A stretch of 32,115 bases of DNA from Planctomycetaceae bacterium. GTDB taxonomy: Bacteria > Planctomycetota > Planctomycetia > Pirellulales > DASRSE01. Positions 1 through 8,595 of the stretch are shown here, in pieces. The stretch covers positions 1 to 32,115 of the forward strand of contig JAYUFG010000318.1 of the NCBI GenBank assembly GCA_043738845.1, given 5' to 3'. The notes below the pieces were generated by a model, which saw only the letters and a list, made by a program, of their open reading frames with translations, ran no database searches and was not told where the DNA came from. Positions within the stretch are counted from its first letter, which is position 1. Every line of letters begins with the position of its first letter. The translations under genes were made by a program, and so were the position numbers.

Positions 1-1
1 T

Positions 2-763
2 ACACGACTCTGGACTGTGCAAACGGGTTTTTGGGTTGAATGTCTCCGTGCCGATCTCGCGCAGGAACTTTTGCGAAAAGCCTTACGCGATAAGGGTGCC
101 AGAATACGAGAATTTGCGTCTGATCGAGTTGAAATGCACGATTTGCAAAACCTGGTTCCCGATTTACACGAAGTGCTCATTCGTGAATCGAATCCCCGAG
201 TCCGACGAGCGTTCGAATCGTGTCTCACAATGCTCGGACCGGGTTACGTTCTGGAACCGCCACAATACTCGTCCGAATATCGGGTTTTATGGCGCACGCT
301 AAATGGTCATAGTGATGATCCTGCCGGTACACGCGAACCCAAAGGCAAGAGACTGGAAAACCTTCTAAAACGACTTCGCGCAGACGACAAAAAAGAAAGG
401 ACAGAGGACATCGTCAAATACTCATTGTGCAGCAATCGTCCATCGGCTCGGGATTTGGGCGCGTATAGTTTGATGAGCTTTGGGTTAAACTCGGCCATAC
501 CCGCCATGCAGCAACAGTTATTGCGTGAATGTGATCCGAGTGTTCAAAAAACTATCGAATCTTCAATTTCGATTCTTCAGGACGGGTTTTTTGTGCATCC
601 GGCTTTTGAGTCGGCCGAATTCGAATTGACGGTCAAAATCGATCGTCACGTCATTCATCGAAGGCTGGGAAAGAAACGCCCTCGTCGCGATTCCGTCAAG
701 CGTCTCGTCGCCGAACTAAGAAAAGAATATGCGTCCGCCAGTTCGATCTACGAATCGCATTGA
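2..763 (+). CDS. Hypothetical protein with two HEAT-repeat-like helical modules (probably 5'-truncated by the window edge)
   Basis: The ORF track gives 17..763, but the frame is open back to position 2. Two similar modules: LRKALRDKGARIREFA...LIRESNPRVRRAFESCLTMLGPGYVL and VKYSLCSNRPSARDLGA...LLRECDPSVQKTIESSISILQDGFFV. Confidence 0.55.
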   Translation, partial: TRLWTVQTGFWVECLRADLAQELLRKALRDKGARIREFASDRVEMHDLQNLVPDLHEVLIRESNPRVRRAFESCLTMLGPGYVLEPPQYSSEYRVLWRTLNGHSDDPAGTREPKGKRLENLLKRLRADDKKERTEDIVKYSLCSNRPSARDLGAYSLMSFGLNSAIPAMQQQLLRECDPSVQKTIESSISILQDGFFVHPAFESAEFELTVKIDRHVIHRRLGKKRPRRDSVKRLVAELRKEYASASSIYESH

Positions 764-777
764 GCGATGAAATCGAA

Positions 778-2177
778 TTAGACTTTCACCCGTTGCCAAC
801 CCCCTTGAAAGAAACGATAGACCAGCGGCACGCTGCGCAGATACAGGTCCGTGACCATCGCGCACCAAGCACCCTGCACGCCGATTTCCCAACCGGAAAG
901 TTGACCGAAGAAAACAGTCTGATCGGCGGGACTCGTTAAGAGATATGTCAGTGGAATTCGCACGACGAGGAATCCAAAGAACGTGACCAGCAGCGGAACT
1001 CGCGTGTCGCCCGAGCCACGCAGCGTGCCCGTGAAAATCTGAATCCCGCCAGGGCGGGCATTCCAAACGCAATCGTCTGAATCAAGGGCGCGGCGGTCGC
1101 CACAAGTTCCTGACGGTTCGGCCCCAGGAACCAACTAACCAGCGTATGGGAGGCGAAATAGAAAATCGCCCCAACACCACTCATCAACAGACTCGACCAA
1201 AACAGGGCGACGAGCGCGCTGCGGCGGGCGTTATGTGCTTGACGGGCACCTAGGTATTGGCCCGCGAGCGTCGTGGCGGCAATCTGCAACGCGGTACCCG
1301 GCAGATAGGCGAGGGCCTCAATCCGAATTGCCACGCCGTGTGCGGCAGAAGCGGTGTCGCCAAGCGTGTTGATAATCCGCACGAACCACAATTGACAGCC
1401 GATCAAGGCCATGATGTCGAGCCCGCCGGGAATACCAATCCGCAAAATACGGCGGATTAGCTCGCTGTCGGGCCGGAACGATTTCCAATGGAACTTCAAA
1501 CCGGCGCGACCTTTGATCAATGCCAAGCCGATAATGAGTCCGCCGACGGTGTACCCGGTCGCTGTTCCAATCGCGATTCCTTCAAAACCGAGTTTGGGAA
1601 AAGGCCCCCAGCCGGTCAAAAGACCAATCCCTACGCAGAGGTCAATCACGTTGACGAGCGACATCGCGACAAGTCCTGTGATCGTGTCGCCCGACCCACG
1701 CAGACAAGCATTGCCGATGTGTTCGATCATGATGAAGGGAATGACCGGCACGACGATTCGCAAGAACTTGGCGGCCAACTCGGTCGTTTCCGGCTGTAAA
1801 TGCAGATGATCGAGCAGCGACCGGCCGCAAAATAGTGCGATCACACCGATCACCGTCACGATCCCCAGGCCGATCAAAAACGCCTGATGCAGGACACGTT
1901 GCGCTCCGTCGCGATCTTGGGCACCGATATACCTGGCGATCACGGCGGTCGCACCGATCCCGACGAACGTAAACAGACTTGGTAGCAGCCACAGGAGATA
2001 ATTCACTTGGTTCATCGCCGCCAGATATTTATCCTCGGGCAAGTACCGGCTCGTGAGCATCGTGTCGATCCACATCACGAGCAACGTGAGTGATTGCTCC
2101 GCCAGGGCAGGCAAAGCCAGCCGCAAGAGTCGCGGCAGCAATCGATCATCGGCAAGGGGCCAGGAAGTTTCCGTCAC
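778..2177 (-). pseudogene. MATE family efflux transporter, frameshifted near 1045-1047 (pseudogene or sequencing error)
   Basis: ORF 948..2177 has MATE motifs (LLRLALP, LRGSGDT, ILRIGIPGG) up to FGMPALAG. The C-terminus (IQIFTGTLRGSGDTRVP...GVQGAW...YRFFQGGWQRVKV) is in the frame of ORF 778..1134. One extra G in the minus-strand GGG run joins the two. Confidence 0.85.
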
Positions 2178-2398
2178 GTCGATTCCATTCTTCCCAAATT
2201 TCCTGGCTGTGAAATCTCAAACACGATGATCCATACTCCGCACAATATATCACGGATCGCGGCAACTCGAAAGCACCAACGGCGAACAAACCGTCATCGC
2301 CATAGGGTCCGCTGTGCGGACCAGAGAGTCGCGTTGCCAGCCCGACGAATGTTTCGCGGAACCAATCGAGATAAGCCGCTTGGAAACACGCTGGTCTT

Positions 2399-4069
2399 TT
2401 AATATACCGCGATGCTCTTGACCGCGCGGCCGCCGCCCGACTGAGCACTTTGAAGACATCGCTCGGCGGCGTGGATCAATTCCTGGGCAGGAAAGTTTTT
2501 CGCGGGTAGGTCAATCGTCGCCACACCCAGACTCACGCAAAGGCGATCATCGTTCGTGTCGCGAGCGACGATATTCTGCACAACCCGCAACAATTGTTGC
2601 CCCAATTCAACAGCCCGAGTTCGTTCGCAATCCAACAGCAGCACGGCCGCACAGCCCGCCCGTACCGAATGAACGTCCACCTGCGAATGATCGACTCGTT
2701 TGCAAAGCGACTGAAATGACTGCGCCAAACGTTCCGCCGCCAGCGTTCCCTGTTGCATCGCCCAGTCATCGAAATGGCCAATCGCCACCAGCAGCAAACT
2801 CAACGGCGCGCGGGTTTGACGACATTCGGCAACTGCCTCGCAAATCTCGCGTAGCAACTCGGTCGAAGAACAGGCGACGGGCGCGAGCACCCCGTGGGAA
2901 AGCATTCGAAAATCGTCGTCCACGATGACCGATTCCTTTTGCGGCGGAGCAACGGGGATGAAATTTGCAGGCTCTCGCCGAGTGACGGTCGTTCGCGGCG
3001 CGGCTTCCCCATTGGGGATGATTTCCCGCGTGTAAGCCATCACCGCCGCTGTCAAGTTCATTGTCTCGCCCCAGAGCGTCAACAGTTCGGCCTCGCTCAG
3101 GTTCTGTTGGTCATGTGGCTCGGTCAGCGCGAACATTGCATCATCGGTGGCGGCGGCCAATTGTTCCTGTGCCCGAATGACCATCCGATGATAGTCCTCA
3201 CCATGCGGAAGTTGCAGCGTCATCGCCGCTGCCAATTGTTCGACGGTCGTTTCCAGATTTTGAATCAACGTGGAAAGATCATCACGTGTCATACGGCCCG
3301 ATCCCTCGACGAGCGCAAGCAACTCTTGCAACACGGCGGGCCGCTGTTGGGTTAAGAGCAACGCGGCCCGTTCGGCCAACGGTAAAATCTCACCGAGTGG
3401 GTTGGGAGACTGGCTCGTCTTTTGATCGGTCGTGTCGCCTCTCACTGCTCGAACAATGTTGCGCGGCAGGCCCCACTGTTCTAAAAGCCGCCCGCTCAAC
3501 TGAAAATGATCGAAGCCGAGGGAATTTCTTTCAGCCGCGATCACGTCGCCGTCGGTCGCATAAATGTGTTCGAGAAACTTGACATACGGCTCGCCCAAAC
3601 CTTGAATCAACACGAGCATTCCGAGGTCTTGCAGCAGTCCAGCGATAAAGGCTTCGTCGCCCGAAAATTGCCAATGTTGTTCGGCCAAGTGGCGGGCAGC
3701 GACGGCCTTGTTCAAGGCGTGCCACCAATAATGGCCCAGGATGTCACCCGTCAAATTCGCCGTGAGCGTGTTGGGCAAACTGAAACCGAGCACCAAGAGT
3801 TTGAGCGGCTTCGTGCCGAGCAAGGCCAACGCCTGATTCAGATCCGAAACTTGCCGACTAAGTCCGAACAGCGAACTATTGACGACACGGAGAATTTTTC
3901 CCGTTAGTGCCGGGTCACACTCGATGCACCTTTTGAGGGCTGGAACATCGACATCGCCCCGCTCAGTCAGATCGAGTACCTTCAACGCGACGGCTGGGAG
4001 CGAATACAACCGTCCCGCCTGTTCGGCAAAGCGATCCAGCGTCTGATTTTTGTCGAGCGTGAGAGACAT
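2399..4069 (-). CDS. HDOD domain protein with C-terminal degenerate GGDEF-like domain
   Basis: HDOD motifs SLPAVALKVL, DPALTGKILRVVNS, AFIAGLLQDLG, GFDH...WGLP. C-terminal PLSLLLVAIGHF...VSLGVA...ELIHAAERCLQSAQSGG follows the GGDEF fold, but the signature reads RAGCA. Confidence 0.85.
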   Translation of the reverse strand: MSLTLDKNQTLDRFAEQAGRLYSLPAVALKVLDLTERGDVDVPALKRCIECDPALTGKILRVVNSSLFGLSRQVSDLNQALALLGTKPLKLLVLGFSLPNTLTANLTGDILGHYWWHALNKAVAARHLAEQHWQFSGDEAFIAGLLQDLGMLVLIQGLGEPYVKFLEHIYATDGDVIAAERNSLGFDHFQLSGRLLEQWGLPRNIVRAVRGDTTDQKTSQSPNPLGEILPLAERAALLLTQQRPAVLQELLALVEGSGRMTRDDLSTLIQNLETTVEQLAAAMTLQLPHGEDYHRMVIRAQEQLAAATDDAMFALTEPHDQQNLSEAELLTLWGETMNLTAAVMAYTREIIPNGEAAPRTTVTRREPANFIPVAPPQKESVIVDDDFRMLSHGVLAPVACSSTELLREICEAVAECRQTRAPLSLLLVAIGHFDDWAMQQGTLAAERLAQSFQSLCKRVDHSQVDVHSVRAGCAAVLLLDCERTRAVELGQQLLRVVQNIVARDTNDDRLCVSLGVATIDLPAKNFPAQELIHAAERCLQSAQSGGGRAVKSIAVY

Positions 4070-4234
4070 GATTGAGCGTCGTCGTAGGGTGTGTAGGGAT
4101 GGGCTTACAAGTGTAGCTCATCTCCCTATTTTCGCCGTGTCATTCGAGAGGGGTCCGTTCGCAACGCCCCTAACGATTATGCCATGCGGTCGGGTCGGCA
4201 TCTGGCATGTCCCCATTTGTTGGCCGGTCCGCTT

Positions 4235-6085
4235 CTAAAACATCGCGCCGCCGCTGGCAGGATCGAAACCCCCATAGCCACCCCCGCCGCAATCGTCGGC
4301 TGGGACGCCACGACCGATGGAGTTCCGCAGAATACTGTGATCGTCCGCAGCATTCCGTGGAACATCCTTCGGCTGGCTACTATTCCGCTGACCAACGACA
4401 GGGACCGGGTTGATTAAAAATGGACGATCGCGCGCCGCAGACTCAGCGGTCTTCCAGACCTTCAGTTGTTTCAGAGTCCGGCAGACGTCGAACATTACCT
4501 TGCGGCTGTGACGAACCATCAACGTACAGGGCAACGGTGTTTTTGACTCCGACGTTTCTGTCCCGTCGGGTTTTTTGGTCACCGTGACAATCGGGTTGGT
4601 CTTTACGGCGCGAATGAAGACCCCTTCTTGCTTAAAGACTTTCTCGCCCAACGTCGCTTTGATAATTTCGGCGATATTTTCCGCACCCAACGACGAATTG
4701 GGACCAGTGCCATACAAATGAAAGACCTTGGTGATCTTATCGTTCTCGTTGCGCGACTTCGCGGGATCAGGTCGGGGATGTTCGCGATCTTGTTTTCGCA
4801 GGTCGCTCAATAACTTGGCAATCTCTTCGTGAACTTCCGCCGATTGGGAAAGGATCAACGCTTCCGGTTGGCTAAAGCATTTGATGCTCCCTGGCCCGCC
4901 GACCGTATCCCAACTGCCGGGACGGCAGCTCCGCTCGATCACCTCGATGAGATCGACGGCTTCGTCCTTCACATCGTCCGCGAGAGGGTCGGGATGATGA
5001 ATCAAATCGCCGATGGGATAAACCCGCACTTCCATCGTTTTGGAGGCTTCATCGAGCGTCGTGATCAGCACAACCTCGTTGCGAATGACGTAGGTCAGCT
5101 TGAGCGGAAGCAACACTTCCTTCAAGGCGTCGCGAACGACAATCCCCTTTTGTTTGAATGTCACGGGCGAAGCCTCATCAATTCCCGCTTCCCTGAACGA
5201 ACGTTGATCGATCAGGAACAAAACCCCTGTTTTCTCATCAAGAGTATCCATCGCTTCCTTCAAAGGTGATTCATCGAACGCAACGTCCAGCTTCCGGTCG
5301 AGAGCGGCCTGAATCCGCTGATGGGCTGCTCGTTCGATACGCGAACCGGACGCCAGAATCGAATCATACACATTTTTCGCCACCGGATTTTCTCGCGCCT
5401 GCCGTAACACCGCCAGGAGTTGTGCAACTTCTTCTTGGATCTCGGCCGTTTGCGAAGCAATTAGCGTTCCGGCAAACGCCGACACGGTCCCCGCTCCGCC
5501 GACCGTATCCCAGCTTGGCCCACGAACAATTCCCGTGATTAACTCGACCAAAGAATCATTGTCGGTCGATTCCTCGCCGAATGCATCCTTACGGGTTACC
5601 AGATCGCGAACCGGATAACATTTGGTTTCGAGGTTTTTCTGCCCATCCTCCTGCGTGGTAATGAGCAACGTGCCATTGTCGACAAGGTACGTCAGCCGTT
5701 GTTCATTGAGCAGGAATTTTAGTCCATTTCGCAACGAGATGTTACGAAGATTCAGCGTGATGGGCGTCGCCCTATCGATGCCTGCGTCTCTCAACGCATA
5801 GTGGTCAATTTGCACGCGGATGCCGGATTCCGTTTCAATATATTCCTGGACTGCTGTCAACGGTGTTTCCAGGAACTCCATCTTGAATGGTTTGTCGAGT
5901 GCCTGCTGCACTTTCAACTCCCGTTCTGCCGCTGGAGAAAGTTTCTCGACCGCTGGCTTGACCGGTTCCGCTGGCCCGCCGAACGGATCCTCCCGTCCAT
6001 CCTGCGGCGCGGCATTTCCGCCGCTGGTGATTAACAGAATTGCAACCACACACCAAACCGCCCACGTTCTTCCGCGCATGTTCAT
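4235..6085 (-). CDS. Secreted protein with repeated secretin-N-terminal-like (STN-like + ring-motif-like) modules; paralog 1
   Basis: Start placed at MNMRGRTW (AGGTG upstream; same start in the paralogs). Signal-peptide-like N-terminus; 2x [F.ETPL..V...GI.I.ID..AL..AGI..P.T...L..LL..LTY] + [YP..DL...L...I....PGSWDTVGG.G]; ends GGAMF. Confidence 0.7.
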   Translation of the reverse strand: MNMRGRTWAVWCVVAILLITSGGNAAPQDGREDPFGGPAEPVKPAVEKLSPAAERELKVQQALDKPFKMEFLETPLTAVQEYIETESGIRVQIDHYALRDAGIDRATPITLNLRNISLRNGLKFLLNEQRLTYLVDNGTLLITTQEDGQKNLETKCYPVRDLVTRKDAFGEESTDNDSLVELITGIVRGPSWDTVGGAGTVSAFAGTLIASQTAEIQEEVAQLLAVLRQARENPVAKNVYDSILASGSRIERAAHQRIQAALDRKLDVAFDESPLKEAMDTLDEKTGVLFLIDQRSFREAGIDEASPVTFKQKGIVVRDALKEVLLPLKLTYVIRNEVVLITTLDEASKTMEVRVYPIGDLIHHPDPLADDVKDEAVDLIEVIERSCRPGSWDTVGGPGSIKCFSQPEALILSQSAEVHEEIAKLLSDLRKQDREHPRPDPAKSRNENDKITKVFHLYGTGPNSSLGAENIAEIIKATLGEKVFKQEGVFIRAVKTNPIVTVTKKPDGTETSESKTPLPCTLMVRHSRKVMFDVCRTLKQLKVWKTAESAARDRPFLINPVPVVGQRNSSQPKDVPRNAADDHSILRNSIGRGVPADDCGGGGYGGFDPASGGAMF

Positions 6086-6211
6086 AAAACACCTGTTTCG
6101 ATTGATTTTCTGTTCGCCGTACTTCATCCGCCCGACGTAAATACAAACCTCCTCGATCTCCGCGTGACACCTTCTCACTTTAGCCTGCGGTGCAATGTCC
6201 GTTCTATCCAT
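6042..6211. repeat. Direct repeat copy A: 5' coding end plus ~126 nt upstream of paralog 1
   Basis: Ungapped match to 8313..8482 (offset 2271). I count 12 mismatches in 126 nt for 6086-6211 vs 8357-8482. Confidence 0.92.
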
Positions 6212-6236
6212 ACCTACGTATGGCAACCCGTAATTC

Positions 6237-6257
6237 TGTCAGGTACGGGTATCTGAC
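6237..6257. repeat. Degenerate REP-like palindrome (same family as 6561-6586)
   Basis: TGTCAGGTAC GG GTATCTGAC. Confidence 0.6.
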
Positions 6258-6321
6258 GTTTATACGCAACTCTTGAATGTTCCGTCCAAGCTCGCGATGT
6301 GCCGCCGCTTCAGGTTGTTTG

Positions 6322-6543
6322 GACCCCGGCGGGGTCACAGCGATTAGCCGGTGGTTGAGCGCAGCGACACCACCGGTGACCATCGCCCACTGCATTCTGC
6401 ATCCCAGCGGGATGCCAGCCTGCTGCGGCGACGATCTCACGTTTCGCTGCGACCCCGCCGGGGTCGAACTTCGTTGTCGGCCTGCGTTCCGGTGGTGTCG
6501 CTGCGCTCAACCACCGGCTAATTGCTAACATCCCTCCGGGATG
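6322..6543. repeat. REPIN/MITE-like palindromic element
   Basis: Perfect 34-bp inverted repeat, 6343-6376 (ATTAGCCGGTGGTTGAGCGCAGCGACACCACCGG) vs 6489-6522. Four CCC-NNN-GGG hairpins at 6322-6336, 6399-6415, 6451-6465 and 6529-6543. Confidence 0.88.
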
Positions 6544-6560
6544 AAAAAGTTGTGTCTAAA

Positions 6561-6586
6561 TGTCAGGTACGGGGTACCTGACCTAC
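6561..6586 (-). repeat. GTAG-type REP palindrome
   Basis: Minus strand reads GTAG-GTCAGGTAC-CCC-GTACCTGAC-A: GTAG tetranucleotide plus a perfect 9-bp stem, just downstream of the paralog 2 stop. Confidence 0.75.
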
Positions 6587-6625
6587 ATCACTGAAGTACG
6601 TCAAGAGGTCGAATGTCCGGCATTC

Positions 6626-8356
6626 TTAAAAAGGTCCGCCACCTTCAAACCGGCCTGGTCCGGCATCGCCGAAGCCATATTTTTTGAGTCGCTCAAGGTC
6701 CTTTCCACTGAGGCCACCGCCCGTCCCTCCATCTATTTTCAGCCCGCGAGACGACTTCCAAACACCAAGCCGATCCAGAATGCGACAGGCTTCGTACATC
6801 GCTTTCGGACCCTGGCGAATGATGAGCGTGCGCGAAGGTTGAGCTTTCGTTTCAATCGTCTCCACCCCATCGCGACCCTTCGTCGTCGTGACAATCGGGT
6901 TATTTTTGGCCACGCGAATGAACGTCCCTTCTTCCTTCCACGCAGTTTCGCCCATCGTAGCCTTGACGATCTCGGCCACATCCTCGGCCTTCAGGCCGTC
7001 TTGGCGGAACGGAGTTCTCTCGAATAACCGAAACACGCGGGTCGTCTTTTCGGAACTAAAGGGATCATATTTTGGCGGCTGAATCGGCACTTCCCCCTGC
7101 TTAAGACGCATCTCGGCCAGAAGTTTTTGAATGTTTTCGTGATTTTCGGCAGTGGTTGTCGCAATCAGCAGTTCCGGCGAACCGAAACTATGGACGGATC
7201 CCGCCCCACCCACCTCGTCCCAGTCGGACGATTGGCACGTCTGCTGGATCACTTCCGCGAGTTTTTCGCACTGATCCTCGAACACTCGGTCGAGGGGTTG
7301 TTGAGGCGGAAGCAGGTCGTGACAAGGGTAAATTCGGGTCTCACCCATCATTTTGGCAACGGAACGGGGCACAATCAAAGGCAACTCTTGCTTGACAACG
7401 AACGAAAGTTTATGCGACCGCAGAATCAGACTCAACGCATCGCGACCGGCGATTTGTTGTTGCTTCAAACTCACAGGCAAGGAAAGGTCAATGTTGTCAA
7501 GTTCGATATTGATCTCGTCAAAGGCAAACGGGATTCCCGTTTTGGTTTTCAAAATGTCAATGGCTTTGTCGAGCGGCACCTTGTCAAAATCGACGTCGAT
7601 CTTCTGCTCAAGCTGTTTCGTGAATCGCAATTGGGCCGCTTGTTCGGTGGGCGTCCCACTCGCCAAAATGGACCCTCGGACGGGTTCGTTCTTCGGGCGC
7701 GCTTTCGCGACGCGCAAGGCGGCGAACAAGCTCGCGATTTCCTCATGCACAATCTCGGTTTGATGGATCACGAGCAGCCGGTTCAAGGCATCGACCGTTC
7801 CTGGCCTGCCGACCACGTCCCACGTTTCTGGTCGAACATTCGACTGCAATAGGTCCAGCAACCCCGGCGTGTTTAGAAAATCTTCGCCATATTCGTTGCG
7901 ATCCTGGGCGAGATCATCCACGGAATAGAGTCGAGTGTGCAACTGCTTCTCGTAAACATCGAGCGTCGTAATGGTGATTCCGCCGTGTTCAATCAAGTAC
8001 GTCATTTTCAGCGGCCGCAGGAACCATTTTAGCCCATTCCGCAAAGAAATGTCTTTCAAATCGGCATGTACGCAGGCGAAGGCATTGAGATCATTATCTT
8101 TCAATGCCTGCGCGTCGATTCGGATGTGAATGCCCGATGTTTTCTCCAGTTGTTCCACGAACATTTTTAACGGAACTTGAACATATTCGAGCGTCACCGG
8201 CTTCGCCAGAACTTCTCGAATGCGATCTTCCGGCGAAAGAGATTTAGCGGCCGCGATTGCCGGTTTATCTTCTCCCGGCGAATTGTTTCCGCCGAAGGTC
8301 ACAAGCGCGATCGCAACCACACACCAAATTCCCCACGTTCTTCCGCGCATGTTCAT
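6626..8356 (-). CDS. Secreted protein with repeated secretin-N-terminal-like modules; paralog 2
   Basis: MNMRGRTWGIWC signal-like start; RPETWDVVGRPG and SSDWDEVGGAG motifs; same C-terminal domain as paralogs 1 and 3; ends GGGPF. Confidence 0.7.
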   Translation of the reverse strand: MNMRGRTWGIWCVVAIALVTFGGNNSPGEDKPAIAAAKSLSPEDRIREVLAKPVTLEYVQVPLKMFVEQLEKTSGIHIRIDAQALKDNDLNAFACVHADLKDISLRNGLKWFLRPLKMTYLIEHGGITITTLDVYEKQLHTRLYSVDDLAQDRNEYGEDFLNTPGLLDLLQSNVRPETWDVVGRPGTVDALNRLLVIHQTEIVHEEIASLFAALRVAKARPKNEPVRGSILASGTPTEQAAQLRFTKQLEQKIDVDFDKVPLDKAIDILKTKTGIPFAFDEINIELDNIDLSLPVSLKQQQIAGRDALSLILRSHKLSFVVKQELPLIVPRSVAKMMGETRIYPCHDLLPPQQPLDRVFEDQCEKLAEVIQQTCQSSDWDEVGGAGSVHSFGSPELLIATTTAENHENIQKLLAEMRLKQGEVPIQPPKYDPFSSEKTTRVFRLFERTPFRQDGLKAEDVAEIVKATMGETAWKEEGTFIRVAKNNPIVTTTKGRDGVETIETKAQPSRTLIIRQGPKAMYEACRILDRLGVWKSSRGLKIDGGTGGGLSGKDLERLKKYGFGDAGPGRFEGGGPF

Positions 8357-8482
8357 AGACCACCTGTTCCGATTGATGTTCTGTTCGCCACACTCATTCC
8401 GCTCGACGTAAATACAAACCTCCTCGATCTCCGCGTGACACCTTTTCACTTTAGCCTACGGTGCAATGTCCGTTCTATCCAT
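8313..8482. repeat. Direct repeat copy B: 5' coding end plus upstream region of paralog 2
   Basis: Matches 6042..6211. The proximal part also matches ~10270-10330 at paralog 3. Confidence 0.92.
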
Positions 8483-8530
8483 TTCGATAACAGTTTAGGA
8501 CCGGCTCATATATAATTATCTCATTATGTT

Positions 8531-8577
8531 CCTTCGCAACGGCGAAAAAGCATCCTTTCGCGGAGCGAAAGACGACA
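8531..8577. repeat. REP-like palindrome, partly degenerate (family also at 24716-24766)
   Basis: TCCTTTCGCGGAGCGAAAGACGAC arm nearly identical to TCCTTTCACGGAGCGAAAGACAAC at 24743-24766. Confidence 0.75.
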
Positions 8578-8595
8578 ATAATTTATGATCCGATC

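Noticed and set aside
6086-6211. Known riboswitch in the duplicated upstream block
   Set aside because: I could not match c-di-GMP, TPP, SAM or cobalamin consensus motifs by eye; an Infernal scan is needed.
6086-6226. N-terminal extensions of the paralogs in the ORF track (also 8357-8449 and 10306-10380)
   Set aside because: A shared signal-peptide start MNMRGR with AGGTG upstream fits all three paralogs; the extensions differ in length and would bury the signal peptide.
6204-6531. Short ORFs (73-83 aa) on both strands
   Set aside because: They are translations of the palindromic repeat; mirrored peptides (ISRWLSAATPP) appear on both strands.
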